Both the position numbers and the translations under genes were made by a program. Positions 48,182 through 58,456 of a stretch of 64,000 bases of DNA are shown one piece after another (the stretch's first letter is position 1; every line of letters begins with the position of its first letter). The notes under the pieces were generated by a model. The model made no database searches. It worked only from the letters and a program-made list of their open reading frames with translations, and had not been told where the DNA came from. This DNA comes from Dehalococcoidia bacterium (GTDB lineage: Bacteria > Chloroflexota > Dehalococcoidia > Bin125). The stretch spans positions 2,112,001 through 2,176,000 of the forward strand of contig OY820591.1 in the NCBI GenBank assembly GCA_963555985.3, read 5' to 3'.

Positions 48182-50584
48182 CTAATCGTTGCTGGACCCG
48201 AACGCGCCGCGAGCGATCAGCACCGGCGCCGTCGGAACATCCGATGTAACCCCGGACTCATACAACTCCGCAATCCGCGCTTCGGAGTAGCCCAACTCCC
48301 GCAAGACCTCGCGGTTGTGCTCCGCAAAGCGCGGAGCCGCCCGCCGAATCGAGGCGGGAGTGCGGCTGAACCGCCAGGGCCAGCTCGGGAACGGGTAGAC
48401 GCCGATGACCGAGTGGTCGATCCAGCGATAGAACCCGCTTGCGTGGATGTGCGGATCGTGCAGCACCTGCCAGTTCGCCAAAATCGGCGCAGCCGAGATG
48501 TTCGCTCCTTGCAGCGCTCGCACTGCCTCATATTGCTCCCGCTCGCTCGTCCAGGCGGCAATCGCCGCATCAAGCTCGTCATGGCGAGCGCGGCGTCCCT
48601 CGAGGCTGGCGAGGGACGAGTCCTCCGCCAGATCGGGACGCTCAATCAACTCACACAGCGAAACCCAATCGGCGTCGGTCTGAACGCTGAGCGCGATCCA
48701 GACATCCTCACCCATCGCCCGGTACGCCCCCTGCGGCGCAAAGCGAGCGTCGCGATTGGCGTTGGGCTGCCGAACTGCGCCGCTCACCTGGTACTCCATC
48801 AGCGCCTCGAAAAAGTAGGCCGCCCCCGCCTCGTTGAGGGCAATGTCGATGTACTGACCCTCGCCCGACCGTTCGCGCTGCTCCAGCGCGGCCAGAATCG
48901 CCGCCGTAGCGTGATTGCCCGAGACTGGATCCGCGTAGAACAGCGGCGTCCGCCGCACCTGATCCGGCTGATATCCCGTCACCGACGCCAAGCCCGAGGA
49001 CGCCTCGATATTCGACCCGTACGCAGACCAGTCGCGCCACGGCCCCGTCGCGCCGAAACCCGACATCGAGACGTAGATCAGACGCGGGTTGTGCGCACGC
49101 ACGATCTCCTGATCGAGACGAAGATTGGGCATCACCCGCGCCGAGTTGTTCTCAACGAAGACATCGGCCTCGCTGATCAAGTCCAGGAAGACGGCTTTCC
49201 CGTCCTCGGTCGAGAGGTCGACAATCAGGTCGCGCTTGTTCCGGTTGAGCAGGTTGAAATACATCGCTCGGTCATACGGATAGCGCTGCGGATCCTGCGT
49301 CGGGCCGGGCATGAACAGCGCCCGCGTCGCCGGACGCGCGGCCCATTCCAGCTTGATCACGTCCGCGCCTAAGTCGCCCAGGTGCCGCCCCACGATCGGA
49401 CCGGCCCAGTTGCTGGTCAGTTCGACCACGCGCAGCCCCTGCAAGGGCAATTCCGTGGTCGCCATCGCGGGCGGCGGAGCCGGCCGCGGCGTGTCCGCGA
49501 ATTCCTGTCGAATCGCCGCCGTGTGCTCCCCCAGCGCGGGGGCCGGCCCCTGTCGGCAGGCCGGAGTGTCCGAAAGCAGGTAAGCGGGGCCGGGAAAACG
49601 CAGCTCGCCCAGCGCTTGATCCTCCCCCGCCTCCCACCAGTCTCGCGCGCCCAACTGGATGTTCTCGTCCAACCCCTTTGCATCCAACACCGGGGTGCAC
49701 GCGATTCGCAGCTCCTGCGCCAGCGTCGCCACTTCCTCCGCGCCATAATCCCGCGCCCAAACCTCCACATCTCGATACAGTTCGCCGAGCTGAGCTTGCC
49801 AGGCGTCAATGCTGGTCAGTTCGACTTGCTCCATTCGCTCCGGCTGATCGATCAACAGGAATACGTTCGGATTCGGTACCGCCCGCATGAACAGCGCCCA
49901 CCCGTCCCGCGTCTTGGTGAAATCGTGCGGCGAGCGATTGAGCGCAATCCCGCTCGCGATCCAGGACGAGATCAACCACGCATGAGCCGACAGGTTCGCC
50001 TCCAGCGCATTCAGCGCCACTCGCTGGCCGTGACCGGATCGCCTGCGTTCGCGCACCGCCGTCAGCGCCGCGATCGCCGCATGAACTCCAAGGTGCAGCT
50101 GACTCTGACCGCCGGGCAACATCAGCGGCTCCCGCCCGGGATCGCCGGTGAAGAACATGTACCCGCCCATCGCCCAAGTCGCGATCTCCGAACCGCGCCA
50201 CTTGGCGTACGGCCCCTCCTCTCCCCAATCGGAGAGCGACACCTCGATCACGCGCTCCGGCAAGCGAGCGGGCAGATCGTTCCGCCAGGGCGAGCCATCG
50301 TCGGCAATCAGCACATCGGCTCGCCGCAGCAGCAGATCGAGCAGCTGCCGCGCGTCGGCATGATCGGTGGGAACCACCGATTCTTTGCCCGCTCCCAGAT
50401 GTGCAAACGGCCCGCCCCAGGCAGCGTCATCCGGCGCATTCCAACGGCGAAGCGAAGAAGGTTCGCTCGCTTCCAGCATGATCACGCGCGCGCCCAGGTC
50501 GGCGAGCAGTTTCGATGCGTACGCACCGGCGAGTTCGGTAGAAAGATCGAGCACAACCAGAGCGTCAAGAGCTGTGACAGACAT
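48182..50584 (-). CDS. Fused two-domain CaiB/BaiF CoA-transferase
   Basis: Two LxDLGAxVI repeats; the second domain has YADPVSG. Confidence 0.92.
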   Translation of the reverse strand: MSVTALDALVVLDLSTELAGAYASKLLADLGARVIMLEASEPSSLRRWNAPDDAAWGGPFAHLGAGKESVVPTDHADARQLLDLLLRRADVLIADDGSPWRNDLPARLPERVIEVSLSDWGEEGPYAKWRGSEIATWAMGGYMFFTGDPGREPLMLPGGQSQLHLGVHAAIAALTAVRERRRSGHGQRVALNALEANLSAHAWLISSWIASGIALNRSPHDFTKTRDGWALFMRAVPNPNVFLLIDQPERMEQVELTSIDAWQAQLGELYRDVEVWARDYGAEEVATLAQELRIACTPVLDAKGLDENIQLGARDWWEAGEDQALGELRFPGPAYLLSDTPACRQGPAPALGEHTAAIRQEFADTPRPAPPPAMATTELPLQGLRVVELTSNWAGPIVGRHLGDLGADVIKLEWAARPATRALFMPGPTQDPQRYPYDRAMYFNLLNRNKRDLIVDLSTEDGKAVFLDLISEADVFVENNSARVMPNLRLDQEIVRAHNPRLIYVSMSGFGATGPWRDWSAYGSNIEASSGLASVTGYQPDQVRRTPLFYADPVSGNHATAAILAALEQRERSGEGQYIDIALNEAGAAYFFEALMEYQVSGAVRQPNANRDARFAPQGAYRAMGEDVWIALSVQTDADWVSLCELIERPDLAEDSSLASLEGRRARHDELDAAIAAWTSEREQYEAVRALQGANISAAPILANWQVLHDPHIHASGFYRWIDHSVIGVYPFPSWPWRFSRTPASIRRAAPRFAEHNREVLRELGYSEARIAELYESGVTSDVPTAPVLIARGAFGSSND

Positions 50585-50648
50585 GGCAATACCCCCAAAT
50601 GCGCAGGGAGTGTAACTGGCTAAGATGGAGTCGGAGGAGGGCGCTCCG

Positions 50649-50855
50649 ATGACCACGGAAGCGAGCGATCAACAGAACCGGCAAGTAGGCGGCCGGAATG
50701 GGCAATCGGAACTCTCGCCTATAGACGAGGTGAACCGAATCGTTGACGAGGCGTTCGCCAACGTGCCCAGGGAAGTGATGGCGCGGATGAGGCCGGAGAT
50801 GGTTCGGTATCTCAATGAGAAAGCTGGGTTCAATTCCGACGGTAACCCGAAGTGA
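50649..50855 (+). CDS. Small putative antitoxin
   Basis: GGAGG RBS; GTGA overlap with the PIN gene. Confidence 0.6.
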   Translation: MTTEASDQQNRQVGGRNGQSELSPIDEVNRIVDEAFANVPREVMARMRPEMVRYLNEKAGFNSDGNPK

Positions 50856-51277
50856 TCGCACAGGCACCGATCTTCATCGACACGACCTACCTGATTGCGC
50901 GCATGGACGAAGGCGACCAATGGCACGCTGCGTCGACCCGCGCCCGCGCGGTACTTGAGAATCGCCGCATCGTGACCACCGATGGCGTCCTCATCGAATT
51001 CATGGCTGGCGTAGCTCGGCATGGACCGCAGGCTCGAAGCGCAGCGGCGAGGGTAGCCGAAGAACTCAAACGCTCCCCAAACGTCGAAGTGGTCGAACAA
51101 ACCACCGCGCTCATGGCCGCCGGAATCGACGCCTACCGCAATGAATTCCTTTACACCCGCCTCAGCCTCCAGGACTGCATCGCCATCCTCGTCATGCGGG
51201 AACGCGGAATCACCGAAGCGCTGACCGCCGATCAAGAGTTCCTGCGCGCCGGAATCACCCCCTTGATGACCGTCTGA
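50852..51277 (+). CDS. vapC: VapC PIN toxin
   Basis: FIDT, DQWH, VLIE, SLQDC, LTADQEF. Confidence 0.9.
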   Translation: MIAQAPIFIDTTYLIARMDEGDQWHAASTRARAVLENRRIVTTDGVLIEFMAGVARHGPQARSAAARVAEELKRSPNVEVVEQTTALMAAGIDAYRNEFLYTRLSLQDCIAILVMRERGITEALTADQEFLRAGITPLMTV

Positions 51278-51286
51278 TCATCCCTG

Positions 51287-52030
51287 CTAGGCAGACCCAC
51301 GCAACACAATCCGGGAACTGCCCACGTCAATCTGCTTCACCGCCAACGAGATCCGGTTGTCCTCATTCAGCGCCTGCCAGTAATCGTCTGCCGCCTCTTC
51401 AGCGGTTTCGGGCAGCGGCAGCCACAACGGATCCCCCGCATACGGCGGCAGCGGATTCCCGTCCGTGCGATACGTGGTAATCCCATAGCCAAACCCAGGC
51501 GGAGGCGGCGCTGGACGCCAAAATGTGCGATCTGTCTGAACCGCATCCGCCGCATTCGCGCGAAGAATCGCCAACTCCAGTCCTGCCGCGCCCTCCAGCT
51601 CGAGCAACCCCGCAATGCGCGGCGTGTAGTTCGGAGCATCATCCTCGCGTTCACGCAGCGCCAGCGCAGCGTCGAAACGCTCACCCCGCGCGAGCGCGTC
51701 AACAATCGTCCGCGTATGGTCGCCGTTGCTCACGACGTACCGGTTCGGTAACTCCAGCATCGCTTCGTAGATGATGTTGGTCGGATCCTCGACCTGCGCC
51801 GGATCCCGAGCCTCGGTACGCAGCGACGCCCCCTCCGCCACAAACCGCCGATTGCGGCTGTTCGCGCTGCGACCCATGATCCAATAGACCTGCACCCAAT
51901 CGCCCGACAGCAGCCGCCCAATCACGATCCCCCGCCCCGGATACGGATTCGCCGCCAGGTGACGCCCAAAATTCTGCTGCGCGCGGACACGCAACTCATC
52001 GAGCTGGGACACGGCCTGGGATTCGGGCAT
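51287..52030 (-). CDS. IMP cyclohydrolase-like protein (PurO type)
   Basis: YPGRGI, YWIMGRSANSRNR, VSNGDHT, DAPNYTPRI. Confidence 0.85.
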   Translation of the reverse strand: MPESQAVSQLDELRVRAQQNFGRHLAANPYPGRGIVIGRLLSGDWVQVYWIMGRSANSRNRRFVAEGASLRTEARDPAQVEDPTNIIYEAMLELPNRYVVSNGDHTRTIVDALARGERFDAALALREREDDAPNYTPRIAGLLELEGAAGLELAILRANAADAVQTDRTFWRPAPPPPGFGYGITTYRTDGNPLPPYAGDPLWLPLPETAEEAADDYWQALNEDNRISLAVKQIDVGSSRIVLRGSA

Positions 52031-52092
52031 GGAGCCAGAATACCGGCGGCTGGATCCTCAGTGATCAGCCGGTGTAGGGATAGACTTTGCCT

Positions 52093-54012
52093 ATGCCCGC
52101 ACCCACGACGCAGACCGTCGATCCACTCCTGATCGCCAACCGAGGCGAGATCGCCGGCCGAATCCTGCGCACCTGCCGACGCATGGGAATCAGCGCAGTC
52201 GCGGTCTACTCGGACGCCGATCAAGGGGCATCCCACGTCGCCGCAGCGGACGCAGCAGTGCGAATCGGCCCCGCGCCGGCGACCGCGAGCTACCTCAACG
52301 CAGACGCGGTGATCGACGCCGCCCAAAACTCAGGCGCAGCCGCCATTCACCCCGGCTACGGCTTCCTCTCCGAGCGCGCCGACTTCGCCCGCGCCGTCAC
52401 CGACGCCGGTCTGGTCTGGATCGGCCCGCCCGCCTCCGCGATCGAGGCGCTCGGAGATAAGGTCTCGGCGCGCAAACTTGCAATCGCTGCGGGAGTCGCC
52501 GTCGCCGACGGAATCGACCAAGACGGCGGCGACCAAGCGCTCGCCGATCAGATCGAGACCTTGGGCTATCCGGTGATGATCAAAGCCGCGGCCGGAGGCG
52601 GCGGGCGCGGGATGCGCCTGCTTCGCTCCGGCGCAGATGCCCCCGACGGACTCGCCACCGCCATCGCAGGCGCGCGCCGTGAAGCCCAGGCCGCCTTCGG
52701 CGACGGACGCCTGCTCGTAGAGCGCGCACTCATGTCGGGCCGACACGTCGAAGTCCAAGTCCTCTTCGATCAGCACGGACACGGTATCCACCTCGGCGAG
52801 CGCGACTGCTCCGTCCAGCGCCGCCGCCAGAAAGTGATCGAGGAAGCTCCCTCACCCGCCGTCGACTCCGATCTGCGTGAGCGCTTGGGCAACGCAGCGC
52901 TGGCCGTTTGCCGCGCCGCCGGTTATGTGAACGCCGGCACGGTCGAATTCCTCCTCCAACCCAATCGCGACTTCGTCTTCCTCGAAGTCAACACCCGCCT
53001 CCAGGTCGAGCATCCCGTCACCGAAATGCTGACCGGTCTCGATCTGGTCGAATGGCAGTTGCGGATCGCCGCCGGCGAACAACTCTCATTGACTCAAGAA
53101 GAGCTCGACTGGAACGGCCACGCGCTCGAATTGCGGCTCTACGCAGAAGACCCGGCCCGCGGCTATGTTCCCTCCACCGGCCGCTTGCGCTGGTTCGGCG
53201 CGTTCGACGCACGCGCGCGGCACGACATCGGGCCGGTTGAAGGCGACGCTGTCACGCCCCACTACGACTCCATGCTCGCAAAGACCATCGTCCACGCGCC
53301 CACCCGCGCGGATGCGCTCGAACGCGCCTCGGAGGCGCTTGACGCCTGGGCTGTAGACGGGGTGACCACCAACGCCGCTCAGTTGGCCGCGATCGTGCGC
53401 TCCGAGGACTTTCGCTTCGGCGCGGTGGATGTCGGCTGGCTCGATCGAGCAGAGCTCGAGCCGCTCGAAGCGCCCCGCGACGCTCTAGTCGCAGCCGCCC
53501 TCGGCGACATCGCCAATGGAGGAGCCTGGCGCTCGTCCGGAGACTTCATTCGGCGCTACGGCTGCTACGGAACGCCGCACACCGTCCGCCTCACGCGAGT
53601 ACCCGGCTCCGCCAATCGTTGGACTGCGGTTGTGGACGAGGACGAAGCGGTTGAGGTCGATGGATCGCTGCGCGGCTGGGAAGTGAATGCTTCAGCCAAG
53701 GGCGTCGTCGTCAGCCGGGGAGAGCGACACTGGGTGTTCACACGCGACCAGAGGCGCCGGACAGCCGGCAGCGGACGGCGCAGCAGCGGCGCCAACATCC
53801 TGCGCGCGCCGATGCCCGGCACGGTGATCGCGGTGCTGGTCGCAGAGGGCGAGGAAGTCGAGGCGGGGCAAACCTTGGCGATCATGGAGGCGATGAAGAT
53901 GGAACACCTACTCACCGCGCCCAACGCGGGTGTGGTCAGCGCAGTTCATGTCGCGGCAGGCGCGACCGTGGACGAAGCGCAAACACTGATCGAACTGGGA
54001 CCGTCCGACTGA
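52093..54012 (+). CDS. Acyl-CoA carboxylase alpha subunit (biotin carboxylase + biotin carrier)
   Basis: IANRGEIA, GGGGRGM, ERDCSVQRR, EVNTRLQVEH, EAMKM. Confidence 0.94.
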   Translation: MPAPTTQTVDPLLIANRGEIAGRILRTCRRMGISAVAVYSDADQGASHVAAADAAVRIGPAPATASYLNADAVIDAAQNSGAAAIHPGYGFLSERADFARAVTDAGLVWIGPPASAIEALGDKVSARKLAIAAGVAVADGIDQDGGDQALADQIETLGYPVMIKAAAGGGGRGMRLLRSGADAPDGLATAIAGARREAQAAFGDGRLLVERALMSGRHVEVQVLFDQHGHGIHLGERDCSVQRRRQKVIEEAPSPAVDSDLRERLGNAALAVCRAAGYVNAGTVEFLLQPNRDFVFLEVNTRLQVEHPVTEMLTGLDLVEWQLRIAAGEQLSLTQEELDWNGHALELRLYAEDPARGYVPSTGRLRWFGAFDARARHDIGPVEGDAVTPHYDSMLAKTIVHAPTRADALERASEALDAWAVDGVTTNAAQLAAIVRSEDFRFGAVDVGWLDRAELEPLEAPRDALVAAALGDIANGGAWRSSGDFIRRYGCYGTPHTVRLTRVPGSANRWTAVVDEDEAVEVDGSLRGWEVNASAKGVVVSRGERHWVFTRDQRRRTAGSGRRSSGANILRAPMPGTVIAVLVAEGEEVEAGQTLAIMEAMKMEHLLTAPNAGVVSAVHVAAGATVDEAQTLIELGPSD

Positions 54013-54035
54013 GCGCGGCTAGAGATGAGTGGTCG

Positions 54036-55436
54036 ATGAACGAGGCGCAAGAGGGGCTGCGAGCACGCCGCGCACGGGTCGCCGACAGCTGGTCGTTTCA
54101 CGACGGCCCCGTCCTGATCTCCGCAGGAGTCCCAATCCCCATCGAAGGCACCGATCAGTTTCACGACTTCCACGCCCACCCCGAGTTTCAATACCTCAGC
54201 GGCATCGCCGAACCTGGCGCAACTCTCGCTTGGGAGCCGGAGCAGGGCTGGACTCTGTTCACTCCCTCCCTGAGCATCGAAGACCTCGTCTGGATGTCCC
54301 CCCCGCCCTCAGCGGAAGTCCAGGCCGAACGAACCGCAATCGCCCAAACCCGTGACTTCTCCAACCTCGCCGCTTGGCTCGCCGAGCGCCGCGGCCGGCC
54401 AATCGCCCTGCTCGGCAACCGCGACATCGAGCGGCGCGGAGCCGAGTACGGCGTCCACAACTGGTCCGCGCTCGAACCAACCGTTGACGAAGACGCCACC
54501 GAGCGCCTCGGACGCGCCCTGGCCGAACGCCGCCGCGCCAAAGACGCGCTCGAACTCGATCGAATGCAGCGAGCCGTGGACGCCGCCTTAGCCGGACACA
54601 TTCGCGCCCAACAGGTCGCCCGAGCCGGTCTCACCGAGCGAGCCGTCCAAATCGAAATGGAAGCCGAATTCTTCCGCCTTGGCGGACAACGCACCGCCTA
54701 CGGCTCCATCGTCGGCTCCGGACCCAACAGCGCCATCCTTCACGGAACACCCGGCAGCCGCGTGCTCTCAGAAGGAGAACTCGTCCTGATCGACGCCGGC
54801 GCAGAAGTCGAGGGCTACGCCTCAGACGTCACCAGAACCTTCCCCGTCGCCGCACAGTTCAGCGGCCTCCAGCGCGACCTCTACAACGTCGTTCTCGCCG
54901 CCCAGAGCGAAGCAATTGAGGCGGCAGCGCCGGGCGTTGAGTACAAACACCTCCACCTCCAAGCCTCAGCCACGATCGCCCAGGGCCTCGCGGACGCCGG
55001 CATCCTGCGCGGAGCGCCGAACGACCTGGTCGACACCGACGCCCATGCGCTGTTCTTCCCCCACGGACTCGGACACATGCTCGGCCTCGCCACTCACGAC
55101 TGCGGCGGCTACCTCGAGGGCCGCGTCCCCGAAGATCGCTTCGGCCTCGCCTATCTCCGCGCCGACTTGCCCCTCGAACCCGGCTACGTTCTTACCATCG
55201 AGCCAGGCATCTACTTCGTTCCCGCCCTCCTCACCGATCCGGCCCGCCGCGAGCGCTACCGCGAGCTGGTCAACTGGGAGATGGTGGACGGCTTGCTCGA
55301 CTTCGGCGGAATCCGGATCGAAGACGACATCCTGATTACGCCTGGAGGCTGCGAAGTGCTGAGCAGGGCGCTGCCCTCCGCAGCCAGCGAGATCGAGGCA
55401 ATCCGGCGCGACGCACTCGGAGCGGGTGATGACTGA
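54036..55436 (+). CDS. Xaa-Pro aminopeptidase (M24B)
   Basis: IDAG, ASDVTRT, HGLGHMLGL..HD, IEPG, RIEDD. Confidence 0.92.
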   Translation: MNEAQEGLRARRARVADSWSFHDGPVLISAGVPIPIEGTDQFHDFHAHPEFQYLSGIAEPGATLAWEPEQGWTLFTPSLSIEDLVWMSPPPSAEVQAERTAIAQTRDFSNLAAWLAERRGRPIALLGNRDIERRGAEYGVHNWSALEPTVDEDATERLGRALAERRRAKDALELDRMQRAVDAALAGHIRAQQVARAGLTERAVQIEMEAEFFRLGGQRTAYGSIVGSGPNSAILHGTPGSRVLSEGELVLIDAGAEVEGYASDVTRTFPVAAQFSGLQRDLYNVVLAAQSEAIEAAAPGVEYKHLHLQASATIAQGLADAGILRGAPNDLVDTDAHALFFPHGLGHMLGLATHDCGGYLEGRVPEDRFGLAYLRADLPLEPGYVLTIEPGIYFVPALLTDPARRERYRELVNWEMVDGLLDFGGIRIEDDILITPGGCEVLSRALPSAASEIEAIRRDALGAGDD

Positions 55437-57576
55437 CCAGCCCGCTCGCCTCACCATCTCCGATGTCGCCCGCTACCCCCGCCCGGGTATGTCCGTCCCC
55501 GGCATGGTCGGATTCACCCCCGACAGCCGCCAGCTCAACTGGCTTCACGCCGAAGGCGGCGGTCTGGTTCGTTCGCTCTGGCAGATCGAGCTCGAAACCG
55601 GAGCACGATCTGTGCTCGCCGGTCCCGAACGCGCCGGCGAACCGATCTCGCGCGAAGAAGAACTCCGCCGCGAACGCACCCGCACCCGCGAACTCGGTGT
55701 CCCCGCCTACTACTGGGCGCGAGACGCCTCACCGCCCGTCCTCATGATCTCCGGCCCCATCGTCCGCATCGCCATTGGGGACGAACCGCTGCGCGAACTG
55801 CCCGGGACGGAGGGCGCAGTGGATCCGACGCTGAGCACCGACGGTTCGCGGCTGTCATTCATCCGCGCAGGCAACCTGTTCGTCGTGCCCACAGACGGCT
55901 CAGCCCAGCCAACCCAACTCACCGACGCCGCCGAAGACGGTCTCACCTTCGGACTCGCCGACTACATTGCCCAAGAGGAATTCGGACAACTGCACGGTCA
56001 CTGGTGGAGCCGAGATGGAGGCTGGATCGCCCTCGTTCGCGTCGACAGCCGCGCCATCGCGCCCTACCCCATCGTCCATCAAGGCGCAGCGGATGTGGAC
56101 GTCGAAACTCACCGCTACCCCTTTGCCGGAGACCCCAACGCCGAGGTCGCGCTCGGAGTCATCCCCGCCGAAGGCGGCGACATCCGCTGGCTTCCGCTCC
56201 CGGATGAAGACGGCTATCTCGTCCGAGTCGCCTGGTGGTCAACGCCGGACAACGAGGCCGGTCGCCTGGTCATCCAGTGGCTCGACCGCGAGCAGCGCCG
56301 CCTGCGCCTGCTCGCATTCGACAACTGGGATGACCCAACCCTCCTGATCGACGAACGTCAGCAACCCTGGATCAACATCGCCGACGATGCCCGCGGACTC
56401 TCCGACGGCCGCTTCCTCTGGAGTTCGGAGCGATCCGGCTTCCGCCATCTCTCCATACACGCCGCCGATGGATCACTGGAGCATGAACTGACGTCGGGCA
56501 CCTGGATCGTAGACGGCGTGATCGGCCTGGACGAGACCAACAACCACGTCTACTTCACCAGCACCCGAGACTCGGCGCTCGGCCGTCAAGTCGAGCGCGT
56601 TGCCCTCAACGGCGGCGAGCCGGAACGCCTCAGCCGCACCGGCGGCGTCAGCGGAGGAGCACTGTCCCGCGACGGCCGCTGGCTCGCCCTGCTCGAAAGT
56701 TCGCTCGAATCGCCGCCTTCGATCAGTCTGGTCGATACCCGCGACGGATCACGGCGCACGCTCTACGAATCCAGCCTGACTGCCGAAGCGCTGGGTCTGC
56801 GCCCGCCCGAATTCCGCCGCTTCGCCGCCAACGACGGCACGGCCCTCTACGGAGCGCTCTACCGCCCCGATCCGGCAGTCGAACGACCGCCCCTGCTGGC
56901 CGCAGTCTACGGCGGACCTCACGCCCAAACCGTGCTGGACGCCTGGGCGCTGACCGTCGATCTCCGCGCCCAATATCTTGCTCAGCAGGGCTATCTCGTG
57001 CTCAAACTGGACAACCGCGGCATGGCCGGTCGGGGACTCGCCTTCGAGGGGCATTTGGATCGGCGCATGGGCACTGTAGAGGTCGACGACCAAGCAGCCG
57101 CCGTAGAAGCGCTCGCCGCAACCGGTGAGATCGCCCCCGACCGCGTCGGCGTCTACGGCTGGTCCTACGGCGGCTACATGACCGTCATGTCTATGCTCCG
57201 ACGCCCCGACCTCTTCAAGGTCGGCGTCTCCGGCGCGCCCGTCTCCGATTGGGACGGCTACGACACCGGCTACACCGAGCGCTACATGGGCACCCCCCAG
57301 AACAACGCCGAGGGCTACCGCGAGGGCTCGCTGCTCACTCACGCCGAAAACCTTCGCGGCAAGCTCCTGATCGTTCATGGCGGAGTCGATGAAAACGTCC
57401 ACTTCCGCCACACCGCCCGCCTCATCACTGCCCTCACCCAAACCGACCGCGACTACGATCTCCTCCTCTTCCCCTCCGAACGCCACATGCCCAGAGACCA
57501 AGCCGGCCTCGAATACCAAGAGCGCCGCGTCGCCCGCTACTTCGACCAACACCTCAAACCGGAACCGCCCAGCTAA
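55429..57576 (+). CDS. Dipeptidyl peptidase IV (S9B)
   Basis: IAQEE, GWSYGG, DENVH, RH. Confidence 0.93.
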   Translation: MTDQPARLTISDVARYPRPGMSVPGMVGFTPDSRQLNWLHAEGGGLVRSLWQIELETGARSVLAGPERAGEPISREEELRRERTRTRELGVPAYYWARDASPPVLMISGPIVRIAIGDEPLRELPGTEGAVDPTLSTDGSRLSFIRAGNLFVVPTDGSAQPTQLTDAAEDGLTFGLADYIAQEEFGQLHGHWWSRDGGWIALVRVDSRAIAPYPIVHQGAADVDVETHRYPFAGDPNAEVALGVIPAEGGDIRWLPLPDEDGYLVRVAWWSTPDNEAGRLVIQWLDREQRRLRLLAFDNWDDPTLLIDERQQPWINIADDARGLSDGRFLWSSERSGFRHLSIHAADGSLEHELTSGTWIVDGVIGLDETNNHVYFTSTRDSALGRQVERVALNGGEPERLSRTGGVSGGALSRDGRWLALLESSLESPPSISLVDTRDGSRRTLYESSLTAEALGLRPPEFRRFAANDGTALYGALYRPDPAVERPPLLAAVYGGPHAQTVLDAWALTVDLRAQYLAQQGYLVLKLDNRGMAGRGLAFEGHLDRRMGTVEVDDQAAAVEALAATGEIAPDRVGVYGWSYGGYMTVMSMLRRPDLFKVGVSGAPVSDWDGYDTGYTERYMGTPQNNAEGYREGSLLTHAENLRGKLLIVHGGVDENVHFRHTARLITALTQTDRDYDLLLFPSERHMPRDQAGLEYQERRVARYFDQHLKPEPPS

Positions 57577-57588
57577 ACCAACCAACTC

Positions 57589-57637
57589 CTCTCCCCCCGC
57601 ACTGCGGGGGGAGATGTCACGAAGTGACAGAGGGGGG
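57589..57637 (+). repeat. Family-B repeat
   Basis: CTCTCCCCCCGCACTGCGGGGGGAGATGTCACGAAGTGACAGAGGGGGG. Confidence 0.85.
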
Positions 57638-57682
57638 TCCGACCACTCGCCTACTCCCCAACCACAACTGGAGGCCGCGACC

Positions 57683-58456
57683 ATGCCGATCCCCACCACC
57701 GCCTCCGACGCCGCCCAAATCCTCGGCGTCGGCATCGACGCCGATCACAAGACTATCCGCGACCGCTACCGCCGCCTGGCACGCATCTACCACCCCGACC
57801 AGAACCCCGACGACGATGCCGCCGGCGTGCGAATGCTCGAACTCAACGCCGCCGTCGATCTCCTCCTCGGCGCAGAGACCCCAACCGTCGAACCAATCCT
57901 CGAAGAAGTCCCCACTCGAACCCTCACCCGCCTCGAACAGCGCCGCGAAGCGCGCATCCGCTCCGCGCTGCATCACCTCCCCTACGGCGTCTACGTGATC
58001 GGCACCGCCACTCCCGACGGCGAACCCAACGCAATGGTCGCCGACTGGGTGATGCAGGTCTCCTTCTCTCCCCGCATCATCTGCATCTCGTTCGAGCGCG
58101 ACGCCACCTCCCTCCGCAATCTCCGCGAGACCCGCGAACTCACGGTCAACCTCCTCCCCGAATCCGGCATGGACCTGGCCGCCCGCTTCCTCCAACCCTC
58201 CGACCCCTCCAAAATCCAGGGACGCCGAGCAGACATGGCCGCCCCGGACAAAATGCGCGGCGTCGCCTATCAGCAGTTGGAGAGCGGCGCGCCCGTCCTC
58301 GAAGACTCCCTCATGTGGATCGCCGCCGAAGCCCAGCAGTTCGTCCCCGTCGGAGAACACATCATGGCCCTCTGCCGAGTCTTCGACGGAGACGCGCTAC
58401 CGATCGACGAAGGCCCCCTCACCACCCTCTACACCGGCTGGCACTATGGCGGCTAG
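57683..58456 (+). CDS. J-domain fused to a flavin-reductase-like domain
   Basis: ILGV..IRDRYRRLARIYHPDQN..LNAA; PYGVYVI, WVMQVSFSP, GAPVL, GEH; GGAGG RBS. Confidence 0.85.
   Translation: MPIPTTASDAAQILGVGIDADHKTIRDRYRRLARIYHPDQNPDDDAAGVRMLELNAAVDLLLGAETPTVEPILEEVPTRTLTRLEQRREARIRSALHHLPYGVYVIGTATPDGEPNAMVADWVMQVSFSPRIICISFERDATSLRNLRETRELTVNLLPESGMDLAARFLQPSDPSKIQGRRADMAAPDKMRGVAYQQLESGAPVLEDSLMWIAAEAQQFVPVGEHIMALCRVFDGDALPIDEGPLTTLYTGWHYGG

Noticed and set aside
46874-54012. SCO1664 without its usual neighbours, and a carboxylase alpha subunit without a carboxyltransferase
   Set aside because: The partner genes may simply lie elsewhere in the genome; not informative from one window.
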